Source: Naegleria gruberi (taxonomy: Eukaryota). From it: DNA of 64,000 nucleotides. Position 1 is the first letter of the stretch; each line of letters begins with the position of its first letter. Location of the stretch: NCBI GenBank assembly GCA_000004985.1, contig GG738847.1; one strand, written 5' to 3'. This document shows positions 63,593 to 64,000 of this stretch, piece by piece. The notes under the pieces are model-generated. The model was not told the DNA's origin. It searched no databases and saw only the letters and a program-made list of their open reading frames with translations. A program made the translations under genes and the position numbers.

Positions 63593-64000
63593 GGGTTTGG
63601 GTTTGGGTTTGGGTTTGGGTTTGGGTTTGGGTTTGGGTTTGGGTTTGGGTTTGGGTTTGGGTTTGGGTTTGGGTTTGGGTTTGGGTTTGGGTTTGGGTTT
63701 GGGTTTGGGTTTGGGTTTGGGTTTGGGTTTGGGTTTGGGTTTGGGTTTGGGTTTGGGTTTGGGTTTGGGTTTGGGTTTGGGTTTGGGTTTGGGTTTGGGT
63801 TTGGGTTTGGGTTTGGGTTTGGGTTTGGGTTTGGGTTTGGGTTTGGGTTTGGGTTTGGGTTTGGGTTTGGGTTTGGGTTTGGGTTTGGGTTTGGGTTTGG
63901 GTTTGGGTTTGGGTTTGGGTTTGGGTTTGGGTTTGGGTTTGGGTTTGGGTTTGGTTTGGGTTTGGGTTTGGGTTTGGGTTTGGGTTTGGGTTTGGGTTTG
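63593..64000 (+). repeat. Telomere-like tandem repeat (GGGTTT)n, about 68 units, with the G-rich strand running 5'->3' toward the window (chromosome) end. Truncated by the window edge.
   Basis: Perfect hexamer array from 63593 to the end of the window. There is one TTTGG variant near 63950. The G-strand orientation is as expected for a right-hand chromosome terminus. Confidence 0.85.

Noticed and set aside
1-64000. Prokaryotic-style interpretation: operons, defence islands, CRISPR arrays, RBS/terminators.
   Set aside because: The sequence has spliceosomal introns with GTAAGT...AG. Its proteins are eukaryote-only (actin, myosin, filamin repeats, WW, C2, Ras CAAX). There are A-rich pre-ATG contexts and a telomeric repeat. 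No repeat-spacer arrays are present. The region is eukaryotic nuclear DNA.
15950-64000. Track-reported methionine starts for many ORFs (for example 16243, 21749, 24652, 26732, 30284, 40573, 49443, 49893, 50680, 52602, 60493).
   Set aside because: On reading the DNA these are TTG/GTG/CTG codons internal to exons. Treating them as starts would fragment multi-exon genes, so real ATGs and splice junctions were used instead.

Overview
This 64-kb window is nuclear DNA from an AT-rich unicellular eukaryote, and it is the right-hand end of a chromosome. The last ~410 bp are a (GGGTTT)n telomere-like tract preceded by ~520 bp of AT-rich subtelomeric sequence. There are no bacterial or archaeal features: no operons, RBS, CRISPR arrays or tRNA/rRNA genes were seen.

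The taxon cannot be named from the sequence alone. Coding regions are roughly 35-40% GC and intergenic regions are much AT-richer. Proteins carry homopolymeric N/Q/S/T runs, start codons are preceded by A-runs, and introns are short (46-205 nt) with GTAAGT/GTATGT...AG boundaries. These properties fit an amoebozoan, dictyostelid-like genome.

The region is gene-dense: about 24 protein-coding genes, most with 0-3 introns. An important caveat is that the supplied ORF track uses alternative start codons (TTG/GTG/CTG translated as M). True starts and splice junctions were therefore reconstructed by reading the sequence, and several junctions carry about +/-1 nt uncertainty.

Recognisable products:
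- conventional actin
- an ADF/cofilin-like protein
- an unconventional myosin with tandem TH1-like tail repeats
- a Ras-family GTPase
- a C2 + filamin-repeat protein and a separate C2-domain protein
- a CDF zinc transporter
- an S10 serine carboxypeptidase with a C-terminal TM
- a Rieske Neverland-like oxygenase
- a fumarylacetoacetase-like hydrolase fused in-frame to a TM + strictosidine-synthase-like domain
- a receptor-like kinase with NHL/EGF ectodomain
- a Cys-rich type I membrane protein
- a 7TM protein
- a divergently transcribed pair of DEG/ENaC-like channel paralogs
- a large EGF-repeat membrane protein truncated by an assembly gap

There are two assembly gaps: 56346-56395 and 60601-63071.

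The most interesting items:
- the DEG/ENaC-like pair in a protist
- a probable single-base frameshift at a C5 run that splits one WW-domain + myosin gene into two ORFs
- the FAH-SSL fusion
- the receptor kinase
- the non-canonical TTTGGG telomere repeat
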